A DNA stretch of 47,191 nucleotides from Eubacteriales bacterium (GTDB taxonomy: Bacteria > Bacillota > Clostridia > Oscillospirales > CAG-272): NCBI GenBank assembly GCA_045580065.1, contig JAZNNA010000011.1:1-47191 (forward strand), given 5' to 3'. Under the pieces are notes generated by a model, which was not told where the DNA came from, did no database searches, and worked only from the letters and a program-made list of their open reading frames with translations. Within the stretch, counting starts at the first letter, position 1, and each line of letters starts with the position of its first letter. This document shows, one piece after another, positions 30,734 to 39,955 of the stretch. A program made the translations under genes and the position numbers.

Positions 30734-33700
30734 TTATTTCATAAAGGTCTCAAGAAGAGCGCGCTCCTCAGCGGTGTAGGGGCTGAACTTGTTGTCAACC
30801 TTATTGACGTAGATACCGCCCTCCTTAGAGGTTACGTCCTTCAGAGCAGCCTTGGCTACGTCAAAGACGCTTCTCGTAGAGGTGGTGTAAGACCAGAAGG
30901 TGTGCTCAACACCATCAGCAGTGGTAACCTTAATGTAACCAACTGCAGTGTACTCGGTGTTGTAGTTCTTCTCGTTTACAACTACGGAAGTACCAAGCAC
31001 GGCGTACTCGCCCTTGTAGTACATCAGCTTGCTTGCAACGTCGATGTACTTCACGCCTGCGGCGGTGAGGCCCTCGGCGGTCATCTTGGTATCATTCTTA
31101 AGGTCGTCGGACATGCAGATCAGCATACCAACCTTAACGTTGTCGGCACCGTAGGAAGCGATCAGAGAGGAGTAAACCTCAGACTTCACTGCGTTGTCGA
31201 AGCGAAGAACGGGAGAAGTGCCCTCGGTAGCAAGTGCTGCACCCTCAAGAGTGCTGACTGCAACCTTCTTCTCGTTGTAGTAACGAGCGATGTTCTTGCC
31301 ATCCTCCTTAGTGGCAAGGAAGAAGGTATCTCTTGCGCAGTATGCCTCAGCATTGGAAAGAGAGCCAAGACCGGGCTCCTGCAGAGCAAGGGTGGTGGTG
31401 TTCTCCATACGAAGCTTTACGTCAGGATCGTCGGAGTACAGAACGCCGGAGCGGTAGTAGTAAGAGGTAACCTTAAGGGACTGTACCATGCCGCTGATAC
31501 GGTTACTGTAGGTCATATCAACCACGTAACGCATACCGGTGTTAACGGGAATGTTGGCACAGATCATGGTGTTTGCATAAACGGTAGAACCGTCAGCCTT
31601 CTTCTGAGCAGTCTTGGTAACTCTGTAGTAGATACTGTTCATAGAGAAGCATGCAATGGAGATCACGTCGCTGATGGCAACCTTGCCTGCTGCAACGTCG
31701 GCAGTAGCATTGGCTACACCGTAAACGGCAGAGGAGGTGTGAGAAACCGTGAATACGCGGCTTGCATTGGTCTGGTTGAGAGCTGCATCGTTACAGCCGT
31801 CAACTGCGATAACGGGCACGTTGTACTCGCCATCAACACCCTTTTCACCAAGGACTGCACAGCCCTGATTTACCCAGTACTGACGGAAGTAGGAGAAGCC
31901 AAAGTCGTCGTCGTTGTAGTAAGAGGTATAGGTATCCTGGTTTACAAACCATACAACCACAGATTCACCGGGCTGCAGTACGCAGGTCTCGGGGTTCTTG
32001 ATGTGGTCGTCTGCAAAGTAGTAGTAAGCACCGTTACCGGTTACAAGATCGATGGGGTTACCTGCACGCATTACAGTAGAGCGAACAAAGTCCTTATCGG
32101 CACGGCCGCCGTTTACGTGATTCAGCTCACTCTGTGCAAGTGCATAGTTGTAAACGTTTACAGGAGCATCGGTCGGGTTGGTCAACTCGATCGCTGCAAA
32201 GGCGTTCATATCCTCGCCCGCAAGGTTTGTGGTGTGAGGCATGATCTCAGTGATCATCAGCGGAGGAGTCTCGGAAGCTCTTACAAAGAAGTTGCCAAGA
32301 ATGATGCGCTGATAGCCTGCCAGCTTACCAACGTGAGAAATGTTAGCTTTGTTAACAGGGCAAGAAGCGTAGTACAGAGAAGCTACGCGGAAGTCACCGG
32401 AAGCGTCGATGCCGTATACGTAGGAGCCGGAGGTGTTGGTTACCATCCAGCCTGCCTTACCAAGGTTGGAGCTGGAGGGGTCGATGTTCTCGTCCATCAA
32501 GCCAAGAGCGATACCTGCCTGGTAGGGGGTGATGCACTCAAGATCGTTGTAGTCGGTGATGTAACGGGACTTGTAGTCGATCTCGTTATTGTTCTCGTCA
32601 ACAGACTTACCGATGTAGTAGGTTCTACCTGCACCGTCGGCGATATCGTGGTTGGGAATGTGAATAACCTTAGTTTCCTTGGGCAGGCCGTACTTGCTGT
32701 ACTGATGACGGAAGCCTGCAGAAGCAAAATCGGTGGTATCGTTCAGACCGGCATTGGTCAGCTGACCCTTGGTCCAGCAGTCGTAAGTACCGCTCAGGAA
32801 GATCAAGAAGCACTCGCCGGGGTTAAGCATGGTGTTGTGCTCGTAGTCAGAGGAGCCCTGCACATAGCGCTCGTTCCAGCTATCGCAGCGACGAACCTTG
32901 CGCAAACCGCCGTTGGGGTCTTCAACAATGGTACCGTTGTCGTTACGGTAGGTCTTGTCATCAAGCAGCTCGTAGTTGCCGGAAGGCATCTTGGCAAGGT
33001 CAGCAATACCCATGTAGATAGCGCTCTGGCCAGATCTGGGGTCGTAAACCTTTTTGCCAAGGTAATCAGAAAGCTTCATATAACCACTGTAGGTGGTGTT
33101 ACGCTTCTGGTCGATATTGTCGGTAGCCAGACCGTTTACGCAGTAGCTGGACCAGATGATGGAGTAGTTCGCAAGGTCAACCGCAAAGTCGTTGGGGTTG
33201 GTGATCTCGATGAACTGAGCCCAGCCGGGGTTAGGCATACCGCAGATCTCGGTGATCAGCAGTGCGGGAACGTCGCCCTCACCGGTGTTGGCATTGATAT
33301 TGGTGGTGGAAACGGTGATGTTATCAATGTCGGCAACGATACCGTGCGTTACAAGCAGCGCAAGGGTGGAAGCGCCGTTACGGTCGATAAAGTCCTTCCA
33401 AAGAGTATCGTTTCTGATCTGGGAGTTGTAGTTCTGAGTGGTGTTCATGTCAGAAACACGCTCGCCATTGATAGAAACGTATACGCCGTTGTCTACGTCA
33501 TAAGAAACCTCGATGTTCAGAGGTCTGTTAGCCATAGACTGGGAGCCGGAAAGGATAGCAGAGGAGCTCTCATTGTTGTCGAACAGACGAGCATAGAGAG
33601 AAGGCTGTGCAGAATAGTTGGTGTAACGGTTTTCCATTACGTTGGGGGAGCCTGCCTGCTTTTCCAGAGAATGGAATGCGCAGTTGGGACCCTGTGCGGG

Positions 33701-34228
33701 ATAGTAAACGGCGCTGAAGCCGGTACCGCACATACGAACGGCAGCAATACCGTAAACCTCGTTCCCTGCCTCGGCACCTGCAACGCTGCCGTGCTTCTCG
33801 TTATAATTATAAATAATGGAAGCGTAGCCGTTGTTGTTGGTGGTTTCGGGAGAGTAGGTCAGGCGGTAGGAAAGCGTAAACTCAGTGCGACTGAGAATAG
33901 ACATAACCTCGCCACCGAAAATAGAAACAAAGCTGTCGGTGGTAGCTTCGCCAACCGTGTTTACGCGAAGCGCCTTGTTGGTGCCGTTTGCCTGAACGGT
34001 GTAAGTAGCAATGTTGGTATCCACCTTTGCATCGGGGATGTACCAGCCAAGCGACTCGAACAGGTCGTTACCGGTGGTGCCGGCAGGAATGTCTTCGAAA
34101 TCTTGCTCGTAAACCAGATAAGTGGTCTTGTCATCAGCTGCAGCAGACGCAGGAAGTGCGAATGCGGGAACCGATACAGCCAGCATCAGTACGGCAAGGA
34201 TCAAAGAGAGAATACGAGATTTTTTCAT
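30734..34228 (-). CDS. Large secreted protein with two lamin-tail domains (LTDs)
   Basis: ORF 30734..34357. The preferred start is ATG 34228 (MKKSRILSLILAVLMLAVSVPAFALPASA-AADD) with an AAGGAG RBS, giving 1164 aa and a Sec signal peptide. LTD-like segments are LLITEICGMPNPGWAQFIEITNPNDFAVDLANYSI...LNPGECFLIF (about 32774-33271) and LMITEIMPHTTNLAGEDMNAFAAIELTNPTDAPVNVYNYAL...LQPGESVVVW (about 31934-32266). Confidence 0.7.
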   Translation of the reverse strand: MKKSRILSLILAVLMLAVSVPAFALPASAAADDKTTYLVYEQDFEDIPAGTTGNDLFESLGWYIPDAKVDTNIATYTVQANGTNKALRVNTVGEATTDSFVSIFGGEVMSILSRTEFTLSYRLTYSPETTNNNGYASIIYNYNEKHGSVAGAEAGNEVYGIAAVRMCGTGFSAVYYPAQGPNCAFHSLEKQAGSPNVMENRYTNYSAQPSLYARLFDNNESSSAILSGSQSMANRPLNIEVSYDVDNGVYVSINGERVSDMNTTQNYNSQIRNDTLWKDFIDRNGASTLALLVTHGIVADIDNITVSTTNINANTGEGDVPALLITEICGMPNPGWAQFIEITNPNDFAVDLANYSIIWSSYCVNGLATDNIDQKRNTTYSGYMKLSDYLGKKVYDPRSGQSAIYMGIADLAKMPSGNYELLDDKTYRNDNGTIVEDPNGGLRKVRRCDSWNERYVQGSSDYEHNTMLNPGECFLIFLSGTYDCWTKGQLTNAGLNDTTDFASAGFRHQYSKYGLPKETKVIHIPNHDIADGAGRTYYIGKSVDENNNEIDYKSRYITDYNDLECITPYQAGIALGLMDENIDPSSSNLGKAGWMVTNTSGSYVYGIDASGDFRVASLYYASCPVNKANISHVGKLAGYQRIILGNFFVRASETPPLMITEIMPHTTNLAGEDMNAFAAIELTNPTDAPVNVYNYALAQSELNHVNGGRADKDFVRSTVMRAGNPIDLVTGNGAYYYFADDHIKNPETCVLQPGESVVVWFVNQDTYTSYYNDDDFGFSYFRQYWVNQGCAVLGEKGVDGEYNVPVIAVDGCNDAALNQTNASRVFTVSHTSSAVYGVANATADVAAGKVAISDVISIACFSMNSIYYRVTKTAQKKADGSTVYANTMICANIPVNTGMRYVVDMTYSNRISGMVQSLKVTSYYYRSGVLYSDDPDVKLRMENTTTLALQEPGLGSLSNAEAYCARDTFFLATKEDGKNIARYYNEKKVAVSTLEGAALATEGTSPVLRFDNAVKSEVYSSLIASYGADNVKVGMLICMSDDLKNDTKMTAEGLTAAGVKYIDVASKLMYYKGEYAVLGTSVVVNEKNYNTEYTAVGYIKVTTADGVEHTFWSYTTSTRSVFDVAKAALKDVTSKEGGIYVNKVDNKFSPYTAEERALLETFMK

Positions 34229-34304
34229 ACTTGATCTCCTTTTCCATAATGGTTTTCGCCCTTGTAAATGATCTGTTAAGCAGAACACTCCCAAGATTAA
34301 TAGT

Positions 34305-34333
34305 ATTTTAACATATTTTCGAAATTTCGTCAA
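34305..34333 (-). promoter_or_regulatory. Sigma-A promoter with extended -10 for the LTD protein gene
   Basis: Minus strand reads TTGACG (34333-34328), 17-nt spacer, TAAAAT (34310-34305), preceded by TG (TGtTAAAAT). Confidence 0.55.
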
Positions 34334-34340
34334 GACCTGT

Positions 34341-35312
34341 TTACAACAGTTTTGCAAAAAACTTTCCTTGCCAAGAATTTTTTTTGTAGAAACTTTTGTC
34401 TATTTCGTTCAAAACAATTCCCTTCTTCAGGCTCCAAAGAGGGGCCATAAGGGTGCTTTTTGCCCCATCCCCTGTCAAACGTCCGATCACAGTGGCTGGC
34501 GGCAGGTACTCCAGAGCCCTTATAACCAAGTCCACGTAGTGAGGCATTTCCATAGGAAAATACCCTCCGTTTGCATAAATTTCGCCCATTTTTGTGTCTT
34601 TCAGGACGTAAAGCAAGTGAATCTTCACCTCATCCGGAGCAAGCTCTGCCACCTTTTGCACAGTTTTGATTATCTTTTCGTCATTTTCACCAATTAAGCC
34701 AAAGATCAGATGAATACCAATGCGTACTCGCGGCGCACGTTGGCGCAAACGCCGGTAGGCATCCAAAAACACGTCAAAATTATAGCCGCGACCAATGGCA
34801 GCAGCCGTATCATCATGGGCGGTCTGCAGCCCCAGCTCTACCGTCAGCACGGTTTTTTGCGAAAGCTCGGCAAGATAGTCGATCACGTCATCCGGCAGGC
34901 AATCGGCTCGCGTACCGATATTCAGCCCCACCACGCCGGGCTGTGCCAGCGCCTGAGTGTAAAGCTCCCGCAGACGCGGAAGCGGCGCGTAGGTATTGGT
35001 AAAGGCCTGGAAATAAGCGATATACTTATTCAGCCTCCATTTGCCGGAAAGCGATTGCTTTTGCTTTTCAAACTGCTGTGAGATAGAAAGCCCTGCAGAG
35101 GTAAATTCCCCGCTTCCCTCACCCGAGCAGTAGATGCACCCCTCGGTACCGCAGGTGCCGTCGCGATTAGGGCAGGTAAATCCGCCGTCCAGCGTGATCT
35201 TTCCCACCTTTTCGCCAAAGGTCTGCCGCAAATAATAATCATAGGTATAATAACGCTTGTTGCTATCCGAGTAAAAAAAGGGATTGCTCTCGCGCTGTGT
35301 TTGGGCTTTCAT
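34341..35312 (-). CDS. TIGR01212-family radical SAM protein
   Basis: ORF 34341..35318 begins with GTG. The ATG at 35312, 5 nt after AAGGAG, is preferred. The segment YYTYDYYLRQTFGEKVGKITLDGGFTCPNRDGTCGTEGCIYCS carries the CxxxCxxC-type cluster characteristic of the TIGR01212/YhcC family. Confidence 0.8.
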   Translation of the reverse strand: MKAQTQRESNPFFYSDSNKRYYTYDYYLRQTFGEKVGKITLDGGFTCPNRDGTCGTEGCIYCSGEGSGEFTSAGLSISQQFEKQKQSLSGKWRLNKYIAYFQAFTNTYAPLPRLRELYTQALAQPGVVGLNIGTRADCLPDDVIDYLAELSQKTVLTVELGLQTAHDDTAAAIGRGYNFDVFLDAYRRLRQRAPRVRIGIHLIFGLIGENDEKIIKTVQKVAELAPDEVKIHLLYVLKDTKMGEIYANGGYFPMEMPHYVDLVIRALEYLPPATVIGRLTGDGAKSTLMAPLWSLKKGIVLNEIDKSFYKKNSWQGKFFAKLL

Positions 35313-35323
35313 AGTCACTCCTT

Positions 35324-35357
35324 AAAAAAGCAGGCGGACGGCACGCCGTCCGCCTGC
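35324..35357 (-). terminator. Strong terminator-like hairpin after the aminotransferase gene, abutting the radical SAM RBS
   Basis: GCAGGCGGACGGC (35330-42) / GCCGTCCGCCTGC (35345-57). On the minus strand TTTTTT follows immediately, then AAGGAG. Confidence 0.6.
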
Positions 35358-35365
35358 AGCGGTTT

Positions 35366-36646
35366 TTATTTTTGCAAAAGCTTTTCCAGGGCCGCAAGCT
35401 TGGCGCACAGCACAAAGATGCGCATGGCGACCTCAAGATCCTGCGTGTTGGGGTAGGTGGGTGCAAGGCGGATGTTGCTGTCATCGGGATCCTTGCGGTA
35501 GGGATAGGTGGCGCCCACATTCGTCAGCGTAACGCCTGCCTCGCGGCAAAGGTTGAACGCGCGGGTGGCGCAGCCGGGCAGAATATAAAAGCTGATAAAA
35601 TATCCGCCGCGCGGATGGCTCCAGGTCGCGATCCCCTTGTCACCAAGCTCACGCTCAAGCAGATCGAACACGATATCAAACTTTGGGCGGATGATCTCTG
35701 CATGCTTTTTCATATGTGCAAGCAGATTTTCTGCCGTTTTGAAATAACGCACGTGGCGCAGCTGGTTGAGCTTATCGTGTCCGATGGTCTGTGCGGAAAC
35801 GATGGGCTTGATCTGCGCAAGGTTTTCGGGAGTGGCGGCCATGATGGCAACACCCGCACCCGGGAAGGACATTTTAGAGGTGGAAGCAAAGTAAAATACC
35901 ATGTTCTCGCTTCCCTGCTCGCGGCAGGCCGTAAAAATATCCAGCAGGTGATCCTGCTCGTCGTACAGATCGTGCACGGCGTAGGCATTATCCCAGAAAA
36001 TGCGGAAATCGGGCGCTGCGGGCTTGAGTGCGGCCAGGCGGCGCACCGTTTCGTCGGAATAGGTGATACCGTCGGGATTGGAATACTTGGGATTGCACCA
36101 AATGCCCTTTACCGCAGGGTCAGCGTTGACCAACGCTTCTACCGCATCCATATCGGGGCCTGCGGGGGTCATCTTGACGGGGATCATCTCAATGCCAAGC
36201 GACTCGCAAATACCAAAGTGACGATCATAGCCGGGCGCGGGGCAGACAAACTTGATCTTATCCTCGCGGCACCAAGGGCGCTTGCTGCCCACCACACCGT
36301 AAAGCATGGCGCGCGCAACGGCATCATACATTAAATTTAAGGAAGAGTTACCGCCCACAAAAATGTAGGAGGCCGGAATACCCAGCAGATCGGCAAAAAA
36401 CTGCTTTGCCTCAGGCAGGCCGTCTACAATGCCATAGTTGCGGCAATCAAAGCCTGCATCGGAAAGGCACTCGGCAGCGGTAGCGGGCACGCAAAGCATA
36501 TCCGCCGTCAGGTCAAGCTGGGCAGCACCGGGCTTGCCGCGGGAAAGATCAAGAGAGATCTTTTTTTCCTGCCACGCACTATACTCAGCCTGCAGCTTTT
36601 GCAGCTCCTCTTGCAGCTGTGCGGTACTCATCTGTTGATAATTCAT
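35366..36646 (-). CDS. PLP-dependent aminotransferase (class I/II fold, aspartate-aminotransferase-like)
   Basis: ORF 35366..36754. The preferred start is ATG 36646 ([19 protein letters not shown]...) behind a GGAG RBS, giving 426 aa. It has [13 protein letters not shown] near the N-terminus and a PLP-lysine context [15 protein letters not shown]. Confidence 0.7.
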   Translation of the reverse strand: MNYQQMSTAQLQEELQKLQAEYSAWQEKKISLDLSRGKPGAAQLDLTADMLCVPATAAECLSDAGFDCRNYGIVDGLPEAKQFFADLLGIPASYIFVGGNSSLNLMYDAVARAMLYGVVGSKRPWCREDKIKFVCPAPGYDRHFGICESLGIEMIPVKMTPAGPDMDAVEALVNADPAVKGIWCNPKYSNPDGITYSDETVRRLAALKPAAPDFRIFWDNAYAVHDLYDEQDHLLDIFTACREQGSENMVFYFASTSKMSFPGAGVAIMAATPENLAQIKPIVSAQTIGHDKLNQLRHVRYFKTAENLLAHMKKHAEIIRPKFDIVFDLLERELGDKGIATWSHPRGGYFISFYILPGCATRAFNLCREAGVTLTNVGATYPYRKDPDDSNIRLAPTYPNTQDLEVAMRIFVLCAKLAALEKLLQK

Positions 36647-36693
36647 ACTGAAACTCCTTCGCTCGAACAAGCGTTTTCGCATTGTGAAAACGC

Positions 36694-36709
36694 AAAAATT
36701 GCAATTTTT
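36694..36709. promoter_or_regulatory. Perfect 16-bp palindrome AAAAATTGCAATTTTT in the aminotransferase leader (candidate operator)
   Basis: The sequence at 36694-36709 is its own reverse complement. It lies about 20 nt downstream of the -10 element. A near copy, AAAAATTGCATTTTT, sits at 36757-36771 just upstream of the -35. Confidence 0.4.
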
Positions 36710-36725
36710 ACTGTAAACAAGGGGT

Positions 36726-36754
36726 ATTATACCACATTTTCGCAAGAATTGCAA
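36726..36754 (-). promoter_or_regulatory. Sigma-A promoter with extended -10 for the aminotransferase gene
   Basis: Minus strand reads TTGCAA (36754-36749), 17-nt spacer, TATAAT (36731-36726), preceded by TG (TGgTATAAT). Confidence 0.6.
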
Positions 36755-36785
36755 GCAAAAATTGCATTTTTAGCAAAGAAATTTG

Positions 36786-39185
36786 TTAATTTTCTTTGTT
36801 CCAGAAGGTTTTATGACGGTGTGCAAGCGAAGCGGCGTCACCCGCCACACAAAGCCCCTGCCAATGTGAGGGGTAGAGGTGCAGATACGGCTCCTCGGTA
36901 TAGCGATCGTCGATCAGCACCACCACGCCGCGGTCCTCCTCGCGCCGGATCACGCGTCCCGCTGCCTGCAGCACGTGATTCATACCGGGATAGGTATAGG
37001 CATAGTCAAAGCCGCGCTCACGCGTGTTTTCATAATAATCGCGCAGCATATTCCGCTCGTTGGAAAGGCCGGGAATCCCCACGCCCACCACAACAACACC
37101 GATCAGACGGCTACCGGGCAGATCAACCCCCTCGGAAAAGCTCCCGCCAAGCACGCAAAAGCCCACGCGCATTTTCCCCTCATCCGCCTTAAAATAAGCA
37201 AGGAACTCCTCCTGCTCGCGGTGGGACATTCCACGCTTTTGCACCACGTGCGGCACCTTGGGGTACTTAAGCTCAAACTGCTCCAGCACGCGCTCCATAT
37301 ACGCGTATGAAGGAAAATAAACCATATAATTTCCAGCCTTGGCACTGATGGCCGCTGCGATCAGCGTAGCAATGCGGCGATAGGATTTTTCCCGAGCTTC
37401 CATTCTGGTGCTGACACCCGATGCCACGGTAACGCAAAGATGCTCCGGGTCGAAGGGTGAGGACAGCTCCAGCGTTTGCGCCCCCTTTCCGCCGCCCAGC
37501 AGATCCACGTAATAATCCAGGGGCTTGAGAGTAGCGGAAAACAGCACGGCAGCATGTGCGCGCCCCAGCGCGCTGTGCAGAACCCCTGCGGGGTCAAGGC
37601 AGATGATCTCCACACAAAGCGCGCCGGCACTCAGCTCAATAAAGGTCAAAAACCTTTCGTCATAATACTCAAACAGGCTACAAAAATGCCGCAGAAGCGT
37701 ACAAAGCTCCAGGATCCCGTCTGCCAACGGATGCTCCGGTGCTTTTTTGACCAGTGCCTCCAGCTTCTGGCGGCACTCGGTGGCAAGCTTGCCAAGGTTT
37801 TCCAGCGGGGCGCGGTTGAGATAATACCCGCTTTCGGTACCGTCCTCGTTTTTCACGCGCCCCTCGGTGCAAAGCTCCGAGAGCCTGTGCAGGGCCATCA
37901 GAAAGCCGCCAAGCAGCCCTTCAAGCTCGCCATCCTCGTGCGGATCGATGCGAGCATATAACTCCTCAAAGGGTGCAAGCGCCAATCGCGCGGAAAACAT
38001 ATCACGGGCACGGTCGGGCAGGTTATGCGCCTCGTCCACCAAAAACACGTATTTCCCGCGCTCGCCCTCGGCATCAAAATAGCGGCGAAGATAGACCTCG
38101 GGTGAAAAAGCATAGTTATAATCGCATATAATGATCTCGCAGTACTCGGAAAGATCAAGCGAAAGCTCGTAGGGGCAAACGCGGTGGCGCTTAGCCACCT
38201 CGGTGATCAGGGCCTTGGGAAAGCCGTGATGCGTAGCAAGCAGCTCATGTACCGCATTGTCGATGCGGTCGTAATATCCCCTTGCAAAGGGGCAGGCATC
38301 GGGATTGCAGCGTGAGGCCGCCCCCATACGGCATCCCTCGGGGTGTGCGCACATCTGTTCCTTGGCATAAAGCATCACAGTACGCAGCCGGGCACCCTGC
38401 TCGTAAAGCTTTGCCGCAGCCGAATAGGCCTCGCGGCGCACGCTTGCCTTGGCAGTCAGGTAAAAAATGCGGTCGCAATACCCTGCCCCAAGCGCCTTGA
38501 CAGAAGGATATAAGGTAGACATGGTCTTACCGATCCCGGTTGGCGCATCGGCAAACAAGCGCTCGCCCCGCCTTACCGTGCGGAACACGCGCTCGGCAAG
38601 CTCGCTTTGTCCCTCGCGGGGATTGGGATACGGAAAGCGCAGATGCTCCACGGTGGGCACGCGCTCCTCTGCGCGATACACCAGCTCTCTTGCCAGAGGC
38701 TCGATGCGGGAAAGCAGCGAGGCGTAAAAGATATACAGCTCGTCGGTCTTTGCCTCGGTGCAGATATCCTTGATCTCCTTGGTTTCGGTATTATAAATGC
38801 GCATGCGCAGCGTAACGCTGCGCAGATCCTTGGCTGCAGCGGAAAAATAGGCAAGGCAACGCAGGCGAGAGTAAAGATCCGAATGACCGGCGCCGCCCCC
38901 CTTTGTCAACTTGATCTCCTCGATCAGCGCGCCGTTTTTTGACACGGCATCGGCGATCCCCTCTACAGTATAGGTAATGCCGTTGTGCGTTACCGTGTTA
39001 CGCAGAAGCACGCCGGCGCTTCTCCCCTCCTCGCGCGGCAGCTGCAGACGGGATTGATCCACCTGCTTGGTACCGCCCGCGTGGCGGTAAGGGTGCCGGG
39101 CATCTATACTGCCGCTTTTGTGTGCCAGGGCACACAGCTCTTCAACAGAAAGCTCTACGGCACAGCTGTCGCTGCAATAGCGCAT
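36786..39185 (-). CDS. XPD/DinG-like (Rad3-related) Fe-S DNA helicase with N-terminal PD-(D/E)xK nuclease-like module
   Basis: ORF 36786..39374. The preferred start is ATG 39185 (MRYCSDSCAVELSVEEL...) behind AAGGAGGTG, giving 799 aa. It carries Walker A (DAPTGIGKTMS), a DEAH box (LVDEAHNL) and Cys residues between them (CAHPEGC...CNPDACPF...VCPYE) typical of the XPD 4Fe-4S domain. C-terminal helicase motifs include VLQAAGRVIRRE. Confidence 0.8.
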   Translation of the reverse strand: MRYCSDSCAVELSVEELCALAHKSGSIDARHPYRHAGGTKQVDQSRLQLPREEGRSAGVLLRNTVTHNGITYTVEGIADAVSKNGALIEEIKLTKGGGAGHSDLYSRLRCLAYFSAAAKDLRSVTLRMRIYNTETKEIKDICTEAKTDELYIFYASLLSRIEPLARELVYRAEERVPTVEHLRFPYPNPREGQSELAERVFRTVRRGERLFADAPTGIGKTMSTLYPSVKALGAGYCDRIFYLTAKASVRREAYSAAAKLYEQGARLRTVMLYAKEQMCAHPEGCRMGAASRCNPDACPFARGYYDRIDNAVHELLATHHGFPKALITEVAKRHRVCPYELSLDLSEYCEIIICDYNYAFSPEVYLRRYFDAEGERGKYVFLVDEAHNLPDRARDMFSARLALAPFEELYARIDPHEDGELEGLLGGFLMALHRLSELCTEGRVKNEDGTESGYYLNRAPLENLGKLATECRQKLEALVKKAPEHPLADGILELCTLLRHFCSLFEYYDERFLTFIELSAGALCVEIICLDPAGVLHSALGRAHAAVLFSATLKPLDYYVDLLGGGKGAQTLELSSPFDPEHLCVTVASGVSTRMEAREKSYRRIATLIAAAISAKAGNYMVYFPSYAYMERVLEQFELKYPKVPHVVQKRGMSHREQEEFLAYFKADEGKMRVGFCVLGGSFSEGVDLPGSRLIGVVVVGVGIPGLSNERNMLRDYYENTRERGFDYAYTYPGMNHVLQAAGRVIRREEDRGVVVLIDDRYTEEPYLHLYPSHWQGLCVAGDAASLAHRHKTFWNKEN

Positions 39186-39333
39186 GGCACACACCTCCTT
39201 AAGTAATATATGTTTTATTTTAACATATCTTTGATAGCAAGTCAACCGCGCAGCTGAAAATTGGTAATATTTTAGGGGTAGCCGAAAGCGCAGAAAGCGT
39301 TTATAATGATAATACGAGAAAGGCGGTGAAGCA

Positions 39334-39915
39334 ATGGAATGGATCAGGATCAGCAACAATAAATTAAAGGTCATGCTGTCCGCAGAGGATACGCAACGCT
39401 ACGACCTGGATTGTCAAAGCACCGACAGCTCGGATATCATGGCGCGTGCTGCATTTCGGGCGATCCTCTCCGACGTGCAGCGCGAGACCGGGTTCGATGC
39501 CGCCGAGGATAAGGTATACATACAAATGTACCCCTCAAAGGAAGGGGGCTGTGAGCTTTTTATCACCAAGATCGGCTTGCTTTTGAGCACGGAAGGAGAA
39601 TCGAAGGCAAAAAACGCAAGGACACAGGAAAAAAAACGCCGCAGCTGCGCTACGGCGATCTGTCTGAGGGAGCTTTCGGCACTTTTACTGCTTTGTCGCA
39701 GGCTTGTACCGGAGCCGAGGATCCAGAAAAGTGAGGCCTGGCAGGACGAAAACAACAACTGGTGGCTGCTGCTCAGTCACGCGCCCTCGCTTTCCCCTGC
39801 CCTATTCAGAGAATACGGCACCGAGGTACCGCGTGACCGTGCGGAAACATTTTTAGCAGAACACGGCAGACGTATCTGCCGAGAGCGCGCCGTTCATATC
39901 CTTGGAAGGCTATAA
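39334..39915 (+). CDS. MecA-like adaptor protein
   Basis: 193 aa. MEWIRISNNKLKVMLSAEDTQRYDLD...VYIQMYPSKEGGCELFITKIG parallels the MecA N-terminal domain (MEIERIN...LWIQVQALDKGLEIIVTK). The C-terminal LAEHGRRICRERAVHILGRL resembles the MecA C-terminus. Confidence 0.55.
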   Translation: MEWIRISNNKLKVMLSAEDTQRYDLDCQSTDSSDIMARAAFRAILSDVQRETGFDAAEDKVYIQMYPSKEGGCELFITKIGLLLSTEGESKAKNARTQEKKRRSCATAICLRELSALLLLCRRLVPEPRIQKSEAWQDENNNWWLLLSHAPSLSPALFREYGTEVPRDRAETFLAEHGRRICRERAVHILGRL

Positions 39916-39946
39916 AAAAAGCGGATGACGTGGTCATCCGCTTTTT
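39914..39946. terminator. Bidirectional terminator between the mecA-like gene and nagB
   Basis: AAAAAAA-GCGGATGAC-gtg-GTCATCCGC-TTTTT. Confidence 0.85.
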
Positions 39947-39955
39947 GATTTACAC

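Noticed and set aside
30902-34234. 1110-aa plus-strand ORF opposite the LTD protein gene.
   Set aside because: It is an antisense shadow with a Val/Gly-rich, low-complexity translation. The promoter, RBS, signal peptide and terminator all support the minus-strand gene.
39186-39374. N-terminal 63-aa extension of the helicase ORF, which overlaps the start of the mecA-like gene.
   Set aside because: The extension is hydrophobic and low-complexity and lacks an RBS. ATG 39185 is preceded by AAGGAGGTG. The extension would also overlap the divergent gene and its regulatory region.
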